Shown here: positions 1 to 11,714 of the stretch, in pieces
Position numbering within the stretch: position 1 is the first letter of the stretch
How the letters are laid out: the number at the start of each line of letters is the position of its first letter
NCBI GenBank assembly: GCA_030390025.1
Contig: CM059432.1
Location: 110,796,001 to 110,860,000 of the forward strand
Origin: Squalus acanthias
Lineage: Eukaryota
DNA length: 64,000 nucleotides
Direction: 5' to 3'
Notes under the pieces: model-generated
Told to the model about the DNA's origin: nothing
The model's input: the letters and a program-made list of their open reading frames with translations, nothing else
Databases searched by the model: none
Program-made: the position numbers and the translations under genes

Positions 1-404
1 CCCCTTCGTCAGGCAAAGTTACTGTGAGTGAATCTATCAGAATTAACAGAATATAAAAACACAGAGAAAATGCATAGATTAAATCTTTCCCTACATCAAA
101 GACACACTAAGAGCACAGCCAAGACAATGAGCTGTGTCCCAGGGGGTCCAACGCGTCAGAACACCTGCTGGCTGCATATCCTCTCCATTTTTTGTGTTTG
201 TTTCTTGTGTTTTTTTTTAAAAACTGGAAAGACCGGCAACGATGTCAAGTCACGTTCTATAGCGTGACATGAACCCGATATCCCGATTGAGGCCGTCCTC
301 ATGAGTGCGGAACTAATTTTAAATAAATCTGTTGGACTATAACCTGGTGTTGTGCGACTTCTCATTTTTATCACAGCCACAGTGATAAAATAAAAGACAA
401 CACA

Positions 405-830
405 AAATAAACATTCCAAACCAAATTTATAAATGAAATCATGTCATATTGCATACAAACGTCAACTAATCACCCCTGTGCATTCCCCCAGTGCCTGTCT
501 TCCGTGTGCCTTTGCCTGTCCTAGTGCTCCTACGCAGTGCTACCCTAGTGGTTGCAGCATGGCTGGAGGAAGGCTGCTGACTTTCAGTGGGTGTGACTGC
601 AGATGGCTTTGGAGAAAAACCTCAAGCAACTCTGGGCCTAGAAGGCCTGGCTTCAGACTGCACCACTTCGGCATAGGCGACAGCAGTCTGGGCTGGCTGG
701 CTGACAGGCAACAGCAAGGGCACTGGTGGAGTGGCAGTGGTGGGAGGACGAATACAGCATCCTGAGAGAGGACAGCAGGTTCATGCTCCACGGAGCCACT
801 GCCACTTCCCCAGGGCAGTACCTCATCAAT
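405..830 (-). pseudogene. 3' end of a decayed PIF/Harbinger Myb/SANT-like accessory gene (inverted fragment)
   Basis: Minus frame reads ...AEVVQSEARPSRPRVA*GFSPKPSAVTPTESQQPSSSHAATTRVALRRSTRTGKGTRK. This aligns with the + strand C-terminus at 2668-2835 (VQSVAGPS...QQPTASSAKATEVAPRRSGRDRKRK). One internal stop. Confidence 0.55.
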
Positions 831-939
831 CCTAGCTACTCCCACCCCTTATGCATGTGCTTGATTCTCACTTTCACCACTTGCACTGCATCCATCGGAT
901 GTACACATTCCTCAGAGGCACTCATAGGTCTGTCGTACC

Positions 940-2835
940 TGCCTTGCTGGAGTAGAGAGCAGAAAATGCCAGGGAGAGGGCCAGGACCGCAGGAGATAGT
1001 TGAATTGACCCCGGCGAAGGAGGAAGCACCTGAGACCAGCGGCATCTACAGCACCTTGAGCATCGGAGATGGCGAGGCTGGCGGACCAGCGGAGAAGGGT
1101 GACAGCATTGATCTTTCAGACCCGTATCTCCCACAAACAGCTTCACTTTCAGTGGCCTTCAGAACATTAGCAACTCTGGTCAAGTGATTCATGTGCATAT
1201 CAGCATTCTCAAAGTGCCATCACTAAATCTTACCTGTCTGTTCTCTCCTCCAGGGTCATCACATGAAGAGCACGAGCCCCTGTCCGGAGTGGTCGAAGAC
1301 TCCTCAGAGGAACTTATATCTTCTGAGGGTGCACCATCACAGGATACATGTGTTGCAGGCACCAGCGCAGATTCCAGCACATCTGTTAGGCTTGTTAGTC
1401 AGGTAGATGGGACGGCACTTGGTGGCTCACACGGCACAAGTGAGCCAGAGCAGACAGTGGTGGCAGGGATAGTCGAGGAGAGTACGCACCGGGGTGGGGT
1501 GGCGCAGTCCTCTCCAAGCTCTGCTCAACAGGTCAGATATGCAGAGCCCTTGGGGCTGGTACTGAAAAGGAGAATGCTGGAGGCACAGCAGCTATTGACT
1601 GAGGTATTGGCAGTCCTGCCGGGCACACTGTCCGCAGTGGCAGAGAGGATGGAGTAGTACAACTTAAACATATGTGGGGTGATGTCGTAGGGTGTCTCCA
1701 CTCTGCAATGTTCCACTGAGTGTGTGGCCACCTCCATGGAAATTGTAGCTGGTTGCTCACATGAGTCACTGCTGACAGCTGTTGTGGTCCGCCTGCAGGC
1801 TCAGACAGCCGCTGAACACACTCTGGGCGCGAATGTCTGTACCAACTTCAACGAGTTGATGGACAGACTTGATTGAGGGTTCCTAGGTGTCACTGATCTC
1901 CTCCACATTGCTCTCCCTCGTGCAAGCAAGACTGATGTCCCGCTGCCCGAGGAAGGTGGGGAGGAGGATGGTGGAACGGGCGAGATAAGTTCTGGCCTTT
2001 CTCAGGATGTAAGCACATCTCATCAACAATACCCGACATGATGCCTCCACCCCAGCAAGCTCACACTATCCAATTCTGGGCACCACACTTTAGGAAGGAT
2101 GTGAAGGCCTTAGAGAGGCCTTATCTCTGTGTAATGAAACCTTAAGTAATCAAAACCCACTTCCATTCATTAGACAGGTAGAACCTCAAGATTTACAAGA
2201 ATGATTCCAGGGATGAGGGACTTCAGTTATGTGGATAGACTGGAGAAGCTGGGGTTGTTCTCCTTAGAGCAGAAAAGGTTGAGAGGAGATTTGATAGAAG
2301 TATTCAAAATCATGATGGGTCTAGACAGTGTAGATAGAGAGAAACTGTTCCCATTGGCAGAAGGGTCGAGAACCAGAGGACACAGATTTAAGGTGATTGG
2401 CAAAAGAACCAAAGGCGACATGAGGAAAAACTTTTTTACACAGCGAGTGGTTAGGATCTGGAATGCACTGCCTGAAAGGGTGGTGGAGGCAGACTCAATC
2501 CTGGCTTTCAAAAGGGAATTGGATAAGTACCTGAAGGAAAACAATTTGCAGGGCTACGGGGAAAGGGCAGGGAAGTGGGACTAGCTGAAGTGCTCTTGCA
2601 GAGAGTCGGCACGGGCTCAATAGGCCAAATGGCCTCCTTCTGTGCTGTAACCATTCTATGATTCTAAGTGCAGTCAGTGGCAGGGCCCTCAAAGGCTCCA
2701 AAAATCAGAAGTCGTCGGCCAGGAACACCTCAGGAGACTGATAAAAATACACAGCAGCCTACCGCCAGCTCTGCTAAAGCCACAGAGGTAGCACCACGGA
2801 GAAGTGGTAGAGATAGAAAGAGAAAGACTAGATAA
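940..2835 (+). pseudogene. Decayed multi-exon PIF/Harbinger Myb/SANT-like (NAIF1/MSANTD-type) gene, split by a CR1 insertion at about 2066-2666
   Basis: About 950-1098 reads E*RAENARERARTAG / IVELTPAKEEA..LSIGDGEAG, like the 'ERxxTGGG...LTxxEE' segment that follows Harbinger Myb domains. GT donor at 1099; polypyrimidine tract plus CAG acceptor ending at 1253. Then a low-complexity/coiled exon (ORF 1184-1657 and beyond, with stops) and a basic C-terminus ending TAA at 2835. Confidence 0.6.
2066..2666 (+). mobile_element. CR1 LINE 3' fragment
   Basis: ORF 2201-2584 is the CR1 ORF2 C-terminus (LFSLEQKRLRGDLIEVFKI...TRGH...FFTQRVV.IWN.LP). Tail ATTCTATGATTCTA. Confidence 0.95.
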
Positions 2836-3381
2836 AAGTACCAGTTTCTTTATATATTTCAAATTACTAGCAGTAGGAAATACATATTATCTGTGTAATG
2901 AAACCTTAAGTAGTCAAAACCCACTTCCATTCATTAGACGGGTCGAACCTCAACCATCATCACAAAAAAACAAATTGCTCAATTTCTTTTTCAAAGTTAC
3001 CTTGTGACCCATCACACTATATAGCTATAATGATTAAATTCATATCATAATCAATACATTAAAAATTACCTAATTCCTGAAAACGGTGGGGGTGAATTTC
3101 CAAGAGGATTCTTTCACTTGTTTACTGTAACTAAATCATAGAATGATACAGCACAGAAGGAGGCCATTCGGCCCATCATGCCTGTCCTGGCTCTTTGAAA
3201 GAGTGATCCAATTAATCCCACTCCCCTGCTCTTTCCCTATAGCCCAGCAATTTTTTCATTTTCAAGTATATATTGAATTCCCTTTTGAAAGTTATTATTG
3301 AATCTGCTACCACCGCCTTTTCAGGCAGTGCATTCCAGATCACAACAACTCATTGTGTAAAAACATTTCTCCTCATCTCAT

Positions 3382-3608
3382 ACAAAAGCAAAATACTGTA
3401 CTGCAGATGCTGGAAATCTGAAATAAAAACAGAAAATGCTGGAAATACTCAGCAGGTCAGGCAGCATCTGTCGAGAGAGAAACAGAGTTAACGTTTCAGG
3501 TCGATGACCCTTCGTCAGAACTGTGTCATCGACTTGAAATGTTAGCTCTGTTTCTCTCTCCACAGATGCTGCCTGACCTGCTGAGTATTTCCAACATTTT
3601 CTGCTTTT
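3382..3608. mobile_element. Palindromic element made of two inverted Penelope-like 3' termini, with 17-bp target-site duplication
   Basis: Arms at about 3421-3508 and 3525-3612 are near-perfect reverse complements. ATTTCTCCTCATCTCAT is duplicated at 3365-3381 and 3609-3625. Arms match the PLE tails at 32165-32265 and 60030-60140. Confidence 0.85.
3486..3522 (-). ncRNA. Minimal type I hammerhead ribozyme motif (PLE-associated)
   Basis: Minus strand reads AGUU-CUGACGA-A-GGGUC-AUC-GACCU-GAAA-C-GUU-AACU: intact core, 5-bp stem II (one GU pair), loopless palindromic stem III, 4-bp stem I. Confidence 0.7.
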
Positions 3609-5817
3609 ATTTCTCCTCATCTCATGTCTGTTTTTTTTGCCAATTATCTTAAATCTGTGACGCTCCTGCCAGTGGAAACAGTTTCTTCGTATCTACTCTT
3701 GTCAAAACCTTTCATAATTTTGAAGACCTCTTTTAAATCTCCACTTATCTTTCTTTGCTCTAAGAGGAACACTCCCAGCTTTTCTAGTCTTTCCACATAA
3801 CTGAAATCCCTCATCCCTGGACCCTCTCTGCACCCTCTCCAAGGCCTTGACATCCTTCCTAAAGTGTGATACCCAGAATTGAAAACAATACTCCAGCTGA
3901 GGCCTAACCAGTGTTTTATAAAGGTTTAACATCATTTCCTTGCTTTTGTGTTCTATGCCTCTATTTATAATAAAGCCCAGGATCCCTTCTACTTATTTAA
4001 CAGCCTCATCGACTTGTTCTGCCACCTTCAAAGATTTGTATATGTGAACCCCCAGATCTCTCTGTTCCTGCACCCCCTTTAAAATGGCACCATTTGGTTT
4101 ATACTTCTCATTCTTCCTTCCAAGATGTATCACTTCACACTTCTCTGCATTAAATTTCACCTGCAATGTGACTGCCCATTTCACCAGTCTGTCTGTGTCC
4201 TCCTGAAGTCTGTTACTATCCTCCTCACTGTTTACTACATTTCTGAGTTTTGTGCCATCTGCAAACTTTGAAATTTTTCCTCCTATACCCAAGTCTGGGT
4301 CATTAATATACATCAAAAAGAGTAGTGGTCCCACCACCGGCCCCTGTGTCTGTATTAGGACCGCTGCTCTTTTTGATGTATATTACACCACTGTATACTT
4401 CCCTCCAGCCCGAAAAACAACCGTTCACCACTACTCTCTGCTTTCTGTCCCCTGGCCAGTTTCATATCCACGCTGCCACTGTCCATTTAATCCCATCGGC
4501 TTCAATTTTGCTAACATGACAATTGTGTGCTACTTTATCAAACGCCTTTTGAAAGTCCATATACAGACCATCAACCCTCTCCGTTACTTCATCAGAGAAC
4601 TCGATCAAGTTAGTCAAACACGACTTGCCTTCAATAAATCAGTACTGACTTTCATTTATTAGCCCATGCTTTTCCAAATGCCAATTCATTTTGTCCCAGA
4701 TTATTGTCTCTATAAGCTTCCCCACGTTAGGCTGACTGGCCTGTAGTTGCCGGGTTTATCCCTCTCCTGTTTATTAAACAAGGCTGTAACATTTGCGATC
4801 CTCCAGTCCTCTGACACCACACCCATATCCAACAAGGATTAGAAGATTGTGGCCAGAGCCTCTGCAATTTCTACCCTTACTGCCCTCAGTCACCGAGGAT
4901 GCATCCCATCCAGACCAGGTGACTTTTCTACTTTGAGGACTGCCAACCTTTTAAGTACCTCCTCTTTATCTATTTTTATCCTATCTAATATCTCTACTGC
5001 TTCCTCCTTTACTGCTACATTGGCAGCATCCTCTTCTCCAGTGAAGACAGAGGCAAATTACTCATTTAGTACCTCAGCCATGCCCTCTGCCTCCACAAGA
5101 ACATATTATTTTTTGGTCCCTAATCAGCCCTACCCTTCCACTGACTACCCTTTTACTATTTATGTGTTGATAAAAAGACATTTGGGTTCCCTTTTATGTT
5201 CGCCGCTAATCTATTCTCATACGCTCTCTTTGCCCCTGTTATTTCCCTTTTAAGATCTCCTCTGAACTTTCGATATTCAGCTTGGTTCTCGATTGTATTA
5301 TGAAACTTTCATTTGGAATAAGCCAACTTTTTCTGTTTCATTTTAACTTCTATATCTTTAGTCATCCAGGGAGCTCTAGGTTTGGATGCCCTTCCTTTCC
5401 CCTTCATGGGAATGTGCCTAGTCTGTACCCAAACCATCTTGTCTTTGAAGGCCTCCCATGGTTCAATTACTGTTTTGCCTACCAATTTTAGATTCCAATC
5501 CCTTTTCAAGTCACTGAAATTAACCCTCCTTCAGTTAAGTATTTTAATGCTTGATTGTTACTTATCCTCTTCATTAACTATTCTAAACCTGATGATATTA
5601 TGATTACAGTTCCCCAAATTATCTCGCACTGAAACATGCTCCACTTCATTCCCCAGAACTAGACCCAGCACAGCTTCCTTCCTTGTTGGGCTGGAAACAT
5701 ATTGATCAAGAAAGTTCTCTTGTACACATTTCAGGAATTCCTCACCCTCTTTGCCCTTTACACTGTTGCTATCTCAGTCTTTAGTAGAATAATTGAAGTC
5801 CCCCGTTATCACTGCTA

Positions 5818-7339
5818 GTCCTTGTACCATCAACTAGTGGGAACAGCCTTTCCCCGTCTAGCCTATCCAAACCCGTCATAATCTTGTACCCATCTATCAA
5901 ATTACCCCTCAACCTCCTTTGCTCTAATGAAAACAAATCCAGCTTCTCCAACCTGTCCCTGTAGCTAAGATCCCCCATCCCCGGAACCATTCTGGTAAAT
6001 CTCCTCTGCACCCTCTCAAGGGCCTTCACATCCTTCCTAAAGTGTGGTGACCAGAACTGGATGCAATACTCCAGTTGTGGCCTAACCAGCGCTTTATAAA
6101 GGTTCAGCATAACTTCTCTACATTTGTACTCAATACCTCTATTTATGAAGCCCAAGATCCCATATGCTTTGTTAACCACTCTCTCAATATGTCCCGCCAC
6201 CTTCAGGGACTTATGCACATTAACTCCCAGGTCCCTCTGTCCATGCACACTCTTTAAAACTGTGCCATTAAGTGTATATTGCCTCTCCCTGTTCCTTCTG
6301 CCAAAATGCATCACCTCACATTTCTCTGTATTAAATTCCATCTGCCACTTGTCTGCCCATTCTGCTAGTCTTTCTATGTCCTGTTGCAGTCGATTGGTAT
6401 CATCATCACTGTTTGCCGCACCCCCAATTTGGTGTCATCGGCAAATTTAGAAATTCTACTCTGTATTCCAATAGCCAGGTCATTTATATATATCAAAAAA
6501 AGCAATGGTCCCAGCACTGACCCTTGGGGAACACCACTGTCTACCATCCTCCAGTCTGAAAAACAGCCATTTACCACAACTCGCTGTTTTCTGTCCTTAA
6601 GCCAATTCCTTATCCAAGCTGCCACTGACCCACCTATTCCATGAGCCTCAATTTTGTTAACCAGCCTTCTATGTGGTACTTTGTCAAACGCCTTCCGAAA
6701 ATCCATGCAGACAACATCCATTGCATTCCCTTCATCAATCCTCTCTGTTACTTCATCAAAAAATTCAATTAGATTAGTCAAACACGATCTGCCTTTTACA
6801 AATCCGTGTTGGCTCTCCTTAATTAGTTTAAACCTCTCCAAGTGCCCGTTAATTTTCTCCTTGATTATTGTTTCTAAAACTTTACCCACCACTGATGTTA
6901 AACTGACCAGCCTGTAGTTACTAGGATTGTCCTTACACCCTTTCTTGAACAATGGTGTCACATTTGCCACTTTCCAATCCTCAGGCACCTCCCCCGCATC
7001 TAGGGGAGATTGGAAAATTATGGCAAGCCCTTCCGCTATCAGCTCCCCCAATTCCCTTAGCAACTTGGGATGCAAGCCATCTGGACCAGGTGACTTGTCC
7101 ACTCTAAGCATACCCAGCCTTTCTGGTACATCCTGTATATCAATTTTCACCCCTTCCATTGCTTCTACCTTTTCCACTTCTACCGATATTTTGTCAGCAT
7201 CCACCTCCTTAGTAAAGACGGATGCAAAGTACTCATTGAGTATTCTAGCCTTGCCCTGTGCCTCTAAGCATATATCACCTTCTTTGTCTCGAATAGGCCC
7301 ACCCCGCCTCTTACTACCCGCTTACTGTTTACATGCCGG
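5818..7339 (-). mobile_element. CR1 LINE RT region
   Basis: ORFs 6374-7204 ([36 protein letters not shown]) and 5781-6341, with a frameshift between them. Confidence 0.95.
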
Positions 7340-7777
7340 TAGAAGGGTACAGAGGAGTTTTACGAGGATTTTGCCAGGACTGGAGAAGTTTAGCTATGAG
7401 GAAAGATTGGCTAGGCTGGGGTTGTTTTCTTTGGAACAGAGGAGGCTGAGGGGAGACTTGATTGAGGTGAATAAAATTATGAGGGGCCTAAATAGAGTGG
7501 ATTGGAAGGACCTATTTCCCTTAGCAGAGAGGTCAATAACCAGGGGACACAGATTTAAAGTTATTGGTAGAAGAATTAGAGGGGAGTTGAGGAGAACTTT
7601 TTTCATCAAAGGGCAGTGGGGGTCTGGAACTCACTGCCTGAAATGGGGGTAGAGGCAGAGACCCTCATCACATTTAAAAAGTACTTGGATATGTACTTGA
7701 AGTGTCATAACCTGCAGGGCTATGGACCAAGAGCTAGAAGGTGGGATGAGGGTGGATAGCTCTTTTTTGGCCAACAC
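7340..7777 (+). mobile_element. CR1 3' fragment whose tail resumes at 13209-13260 after a nested full-length CR1
   Basis: RVQRSFTRILPG...RGDLIEV...TRGH. The 3' UTR breaks at TTTGGCCAACAC and continues CAGACATGATGGGCC...TTTCTATGATT at 13209; compare the intact tail at 55915-55989. Confidence 0.9.
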
Positions 7778-7868
7778 ATAGAAACATAGAAGATAGGAGC
7801 AGCAGCAGGCCATTCAGCCCCTCGAGCCTGCTCCGCCATTCAATGAGATCATGGCTAATCATCCAAAT

Positions 7869-10740
7869 TCAGTACCCTGTCCCTGCCTTCTCCCCATATC
7901 CCTTGATCCCTTTAGCCTTAAGAAATATATCTAACTCCTTCTTGAATATATTTAATAAATTGGCCTCTACTGCCTTCTGTGGTAGAGAATTCCACAGGTT
8001 CACCACTCTCTGGGTGAAGAAATTCCTCCTCATCTCAGTCCTAAATGGCTTACCCCTTATCCTTAGACTGTGACCCCTGGTTCTGGACTCCCCGGCCATC
8101 GGGAACATCCTTCCTGCATCTAGTCTGTCTAGTCCTGTTAGAATTTTATAAGTTTCAATGAGATCCCCTCTCATTCTTCTAAACTCCAGCGAGTATAAGC
8201 CCAATCGACCCAATCTCTCCTCATATGTCATTCCTGCCATCCCAGGTATCAGCCTGGTGAATCTTCGCTGCACTCCCTCCATGGCAAGAACATCCTTCCT
8301 CAGATAAGGCGACCAAAACTGCACACAATACTCAAGATGTGGTCTCACCAAGGCCCTGTACAACTGCAGCAAGACATCCTTGTTCCTGTACTCAAACCCT
8401 TTCGCTACGAAGGCCAACATACCATTTGCCTTCTTAACCGCCTGCTGCACCTGCATGCTTACCTTCAGCGACTGGTGCACAAGGACACCCAGGTCTCATT
8501 GCACTTCCCCTTCTCCCAATCTATTGCCATTCAGATAATAATCTGGCTTCCTGTTTTTGACACCAACGTGGATAACCTCGCATTTATCCACATTATATTG
8601 CATCTGCCATGCTTGTGCCCAATCACCCAACCTGTCCAAATCATACTGGAGTTTCTCTGCATCCTTCTCACCGGCACACACGCCCACCCAGCTTTGTGTC
8701 GTCTGCAAACTTGGAGATAGTACATCCAATTCCCTCGTCTAGATCATTAATATATATTGTGAATAGCTGGGGTCCTAGGACCGATCCCTGCGGTACCCCA
8801 CTAGTCACTGCCTGCCACTCGGAAAAAGACCCATTAATTCCAACTCTTTGCTTTCTGTCTGCCAACCAGTTCTCTATCCAAGTCAATACCTTGCCCCCAA
8901 TCCCATGTGCCTTAACTTTACATGCTAATCTCTTATGCGGGACCTTATCGAAAGCCTTCTGAAAGTCCAAATACACCACATCCACTGGTTCTCCCTTATC
9001 TATTTTACCAGTTGCATCCTCAAAAAATTCCAGTAGATTAGTCAAGCACAATTTACCTTTTGTAAATCCATGTTGACTTTGTCCGATCCTGTCACTGTTT
9101 TCCAAGTGCTCTGCTGTTACATCTTATATAATGGACTCTAGCATTTTCCCCACTACCGATGTCAGGCTTACCGGTCTGTAATTCCCCGTTTTCTCTCTAC
9201 CACCTTTTTTGAATAGTGGGGTAACATTAGCTACCCTCCAATCCATGCGTACTGTTCCAGAGTCTATAGAATTTTGGAAGATGACCAGCAATGCATCTAC
9301 TCTTTCTAGGGCCACTTCCTTAAGTACCCTAGGATGCAGATTATCAGGCCCTGGGGATTTATCGGCCTTCAATCCCGTCAATTTCCCTAACACCATTTCC
9401 CTACAAATACTGATTTCTTTCAGTTCCTCCCTCTCATTAGACCCTATGTTCCCCGACATCTCTGGGAGGTTATTTGTGTCCTCCTTTGTGAAGACAGAAC
9501 CAAAGTATGTATTTAATTGGTACGCCATTTCTTTGTTCCCCATTATAAATTCCCCTGATTCTGACTGCAAGGGACCTACGCTTGACTTCACCAATCTTTT
9601 TCTCTTCACATATCTATAAAAGCTTTTACAGTCAGTTTTTATGTTCCCTGCAAGCTTACTCTCATACTCTATTTGCCCCCTCTTAATTAATCCCTTTGTC
9701 CTTCTTTGCTGAATCCTATACTGCTCCCAATCCTCAAGTTTTCTGCTTTTTCTGGCCAATTTATATGTCCTCTCCTTGGATCTTATGCTATCCCTAATTT
9801 CCTTTGTTAGCCACGGTTGAGTCACCTTTTTTGTTTTATTTTTATGCCAAACTGGGATGAACAAATTCTGTAGTTCATTCATACGATCTTTGAATGTTTG
9901 CCATTGCCTATCCACCGTCAACCCTTTGAGTGACATTCCCCAATCAATCCTACCCAACTCACGCCTCATACCATCGTAGTTTCCTTTATTTAAATTCAGG
10001 ACCCTAGTCTCTGAGTCAACTACTTCACTCTCCATCTTAATGAAGAATTCTATCATATTATGATCGCTCCTCCCCAAGGGGCCTCGCACAACAATATTGC
10101 TAATTAATCCTTTCTCATTACATAATACCCAGTCTAAGATGGCCTGATCTCTAGTTGGTTCCTCGACATATTGGTCCAGGAAACCATCCCGTATACACTC
10201 CAGGAATTCCTCCTCCATAGTATTGTTACTAATTTGGTTAGCCCAATCTATATGTAGATGAAAGTTGCCCATGATAACTGCTGTGCTCTTATTGCACGCT
10301 TCTCTAATTTCCCTTTTAATGCCATCCCCAACCTCCGTATTACTGTTTGGGAGTCTATACACCACTCCCACTAACGCTTTTTGTCCCTTGGTATTTCTCA
10401 GTTCTACCCATACAGATTCCCCAGAGCTAATATCCTTCCTTACAATTGTGTTAATCCCCTCTTTAACCAGCAATGCTACCCCACCTCCTTTTCCTTTTTG
10501 CCTATCTTTCCTGAATATTGAATACCCCTGTATGTTGAGTTCCCAGCCTTGGTCACCCTGGAGCCATGTTTCCGTAATCCCAATCATATCATATTCGTTT
10601 ACCTCTATTTGTGCAGCTAATTCATCCACCTTATTATGAATGCTCCTCACATTAAGACACAAAGCCTTCAGGCTTGTTTTTTTAACGCTCTTAGACCTTT
10701 TAGAATTATTATTTACTGTGGCCACATTTGATTTAAACCC
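7869..10740 (-). pseudogene. CR1 ORF2 (apurinic endonuclease plus reverse transcriptase), disrupted
   Basis: LNVRSI, ITETWL, GGGVAL, SDHN (APE); [14 protein letters not shown] (RT). Split into ORFs 9124-10797, 8668-9105, 8496-8729 and 7869-8480 by two frameshifts and a stop. Confidence 0.93.
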
Positions 10741-10743
10741 TTG

Positions 10744-11607
10744 GGGGGAAAAATTCAGTATCGCCCCGTTTGGGGCGCAATTATCGGCCGGGCGCAAAGA
10801 TTAACGCCTGGCGCTAATTACCGCCTCAGAGTGCAAACTTGACTTTTCTCGCCCCTGGAGGTGATTGGAGCGCTAAATCAGGCACTACACATCTGTCTTA
10901 AGGCGCAAAGGCCGAGGAGCGAGGCGCTAACTCAGAGCGCTGGCGAAGCTCATGTGATGTCAGTCAGCAATGGAACACAGACACAATGGCCCCGGCCAGT
11001 TCTTAAAGGGGAGGGTTAATCTTGCTTTCCATCCACATCCTGCTCATTGCAGCCTTGAATCTCGGCCTGGAGAGACTTGCACATCAAATCTGCTGGAAAT
11101 AACAATGGAGAGGCCCAGGGAAAGAGCTCAGAGTGCAGCCCCAACAGTCTCTTCTAAATTGATACAAGGAAGGGCAAATCAAAATGAACCTGCAAAGTGC
11201 TGCTCAGTACCCAAAACTCCTTCACACAACGTTGAATCTCTCCAGAAGTCTCTCTCTCTCTCTCTCAGAATGCGTGGTTCAAAAATGTCGCCAACAAAAA
11301 AAGGCAGGAAGCGGTCGCCTTTAAATAGCGCTCACCCAGTCCCTTCCTGACTGCAAAACGCTCCCCTCAACCTGTCGTTGCTAGCGGCAGGCGGTAAGGC
11401 AGGGGGCGCCACTCAATATCCGCTCAGGGGCGCTACCGGGGCGTTGCGCACTCGATTGACGTCACGATCTGCCAGTGCAGGGGATCGTGGTGGTACTGTT
11501 TAGCGCCGCCGCAAAATGTCGAGTTAATTTCACGAGCGGCGCAAACATCGCTGCGCCTGGGCGCTAGTTGCTTTGCGCCCCATTAGCGCCCTCTGAATTT
11601 TTCCCCC
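10744..11607. mobile_element. Non-autonomous PIF/Harbinger-type DNA transposon (MITE)
   Basis: Perfect 15-bp TIR GGGGGAAAAATTCAG / CTGAATTTTTCCCCC. 3-bp TSD TTG at 10741-10743 and 11608-11610. CpG-rich; inserted at the CR1 ORF1/ORF2 junction. Confidence 0.88.
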
Positions 11608-11714
11608 TTGATTTCTCTGACTGACACCTTTGTTTTTTTCCTTCCTGACTTTTGCTTCTATCCTCATTTCCCTTTCCTCTGTCTCCCTGCTCAGGTTCCC
11701 AACCCCCTGCCATT

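Larger units (their letters stand above)
3135..5817 (-). mobile_element. Degenerate CR1 LINE (end of APE, RT, 3' tail)
   Basis: ORFs 3702-3935 and 3993-4337 (KFADGTK, VRPQLEYC) and 5309-5509 (PWMT). Reverse tail at 3135. Interrupted at 3382-3608. Confidence 0.9.

Noticed and set aside
1..362. Possible PLE ends: CUGACGA on the minus strand at 6-12 and CTGTTGGACTATAACCTGGTGTTGTG at 329-354
   Set aside because: The first is cut by the window edge and the second lacks a recognisable ribozyme core; too little to call.
6927..7652. 241-aa ORF
   Set aside because: Chance fusion of the antisense of one CR1 with the sense 3' end of another at about 7340.
10741..10797. MITE appearing to donate a new N-terminus to CR1 ORF2 (557-aa ORF)
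   Set aside because: The start codon is TTG, only about 18 codons come from the MITE, and ORF2 is frameshifted downstream.
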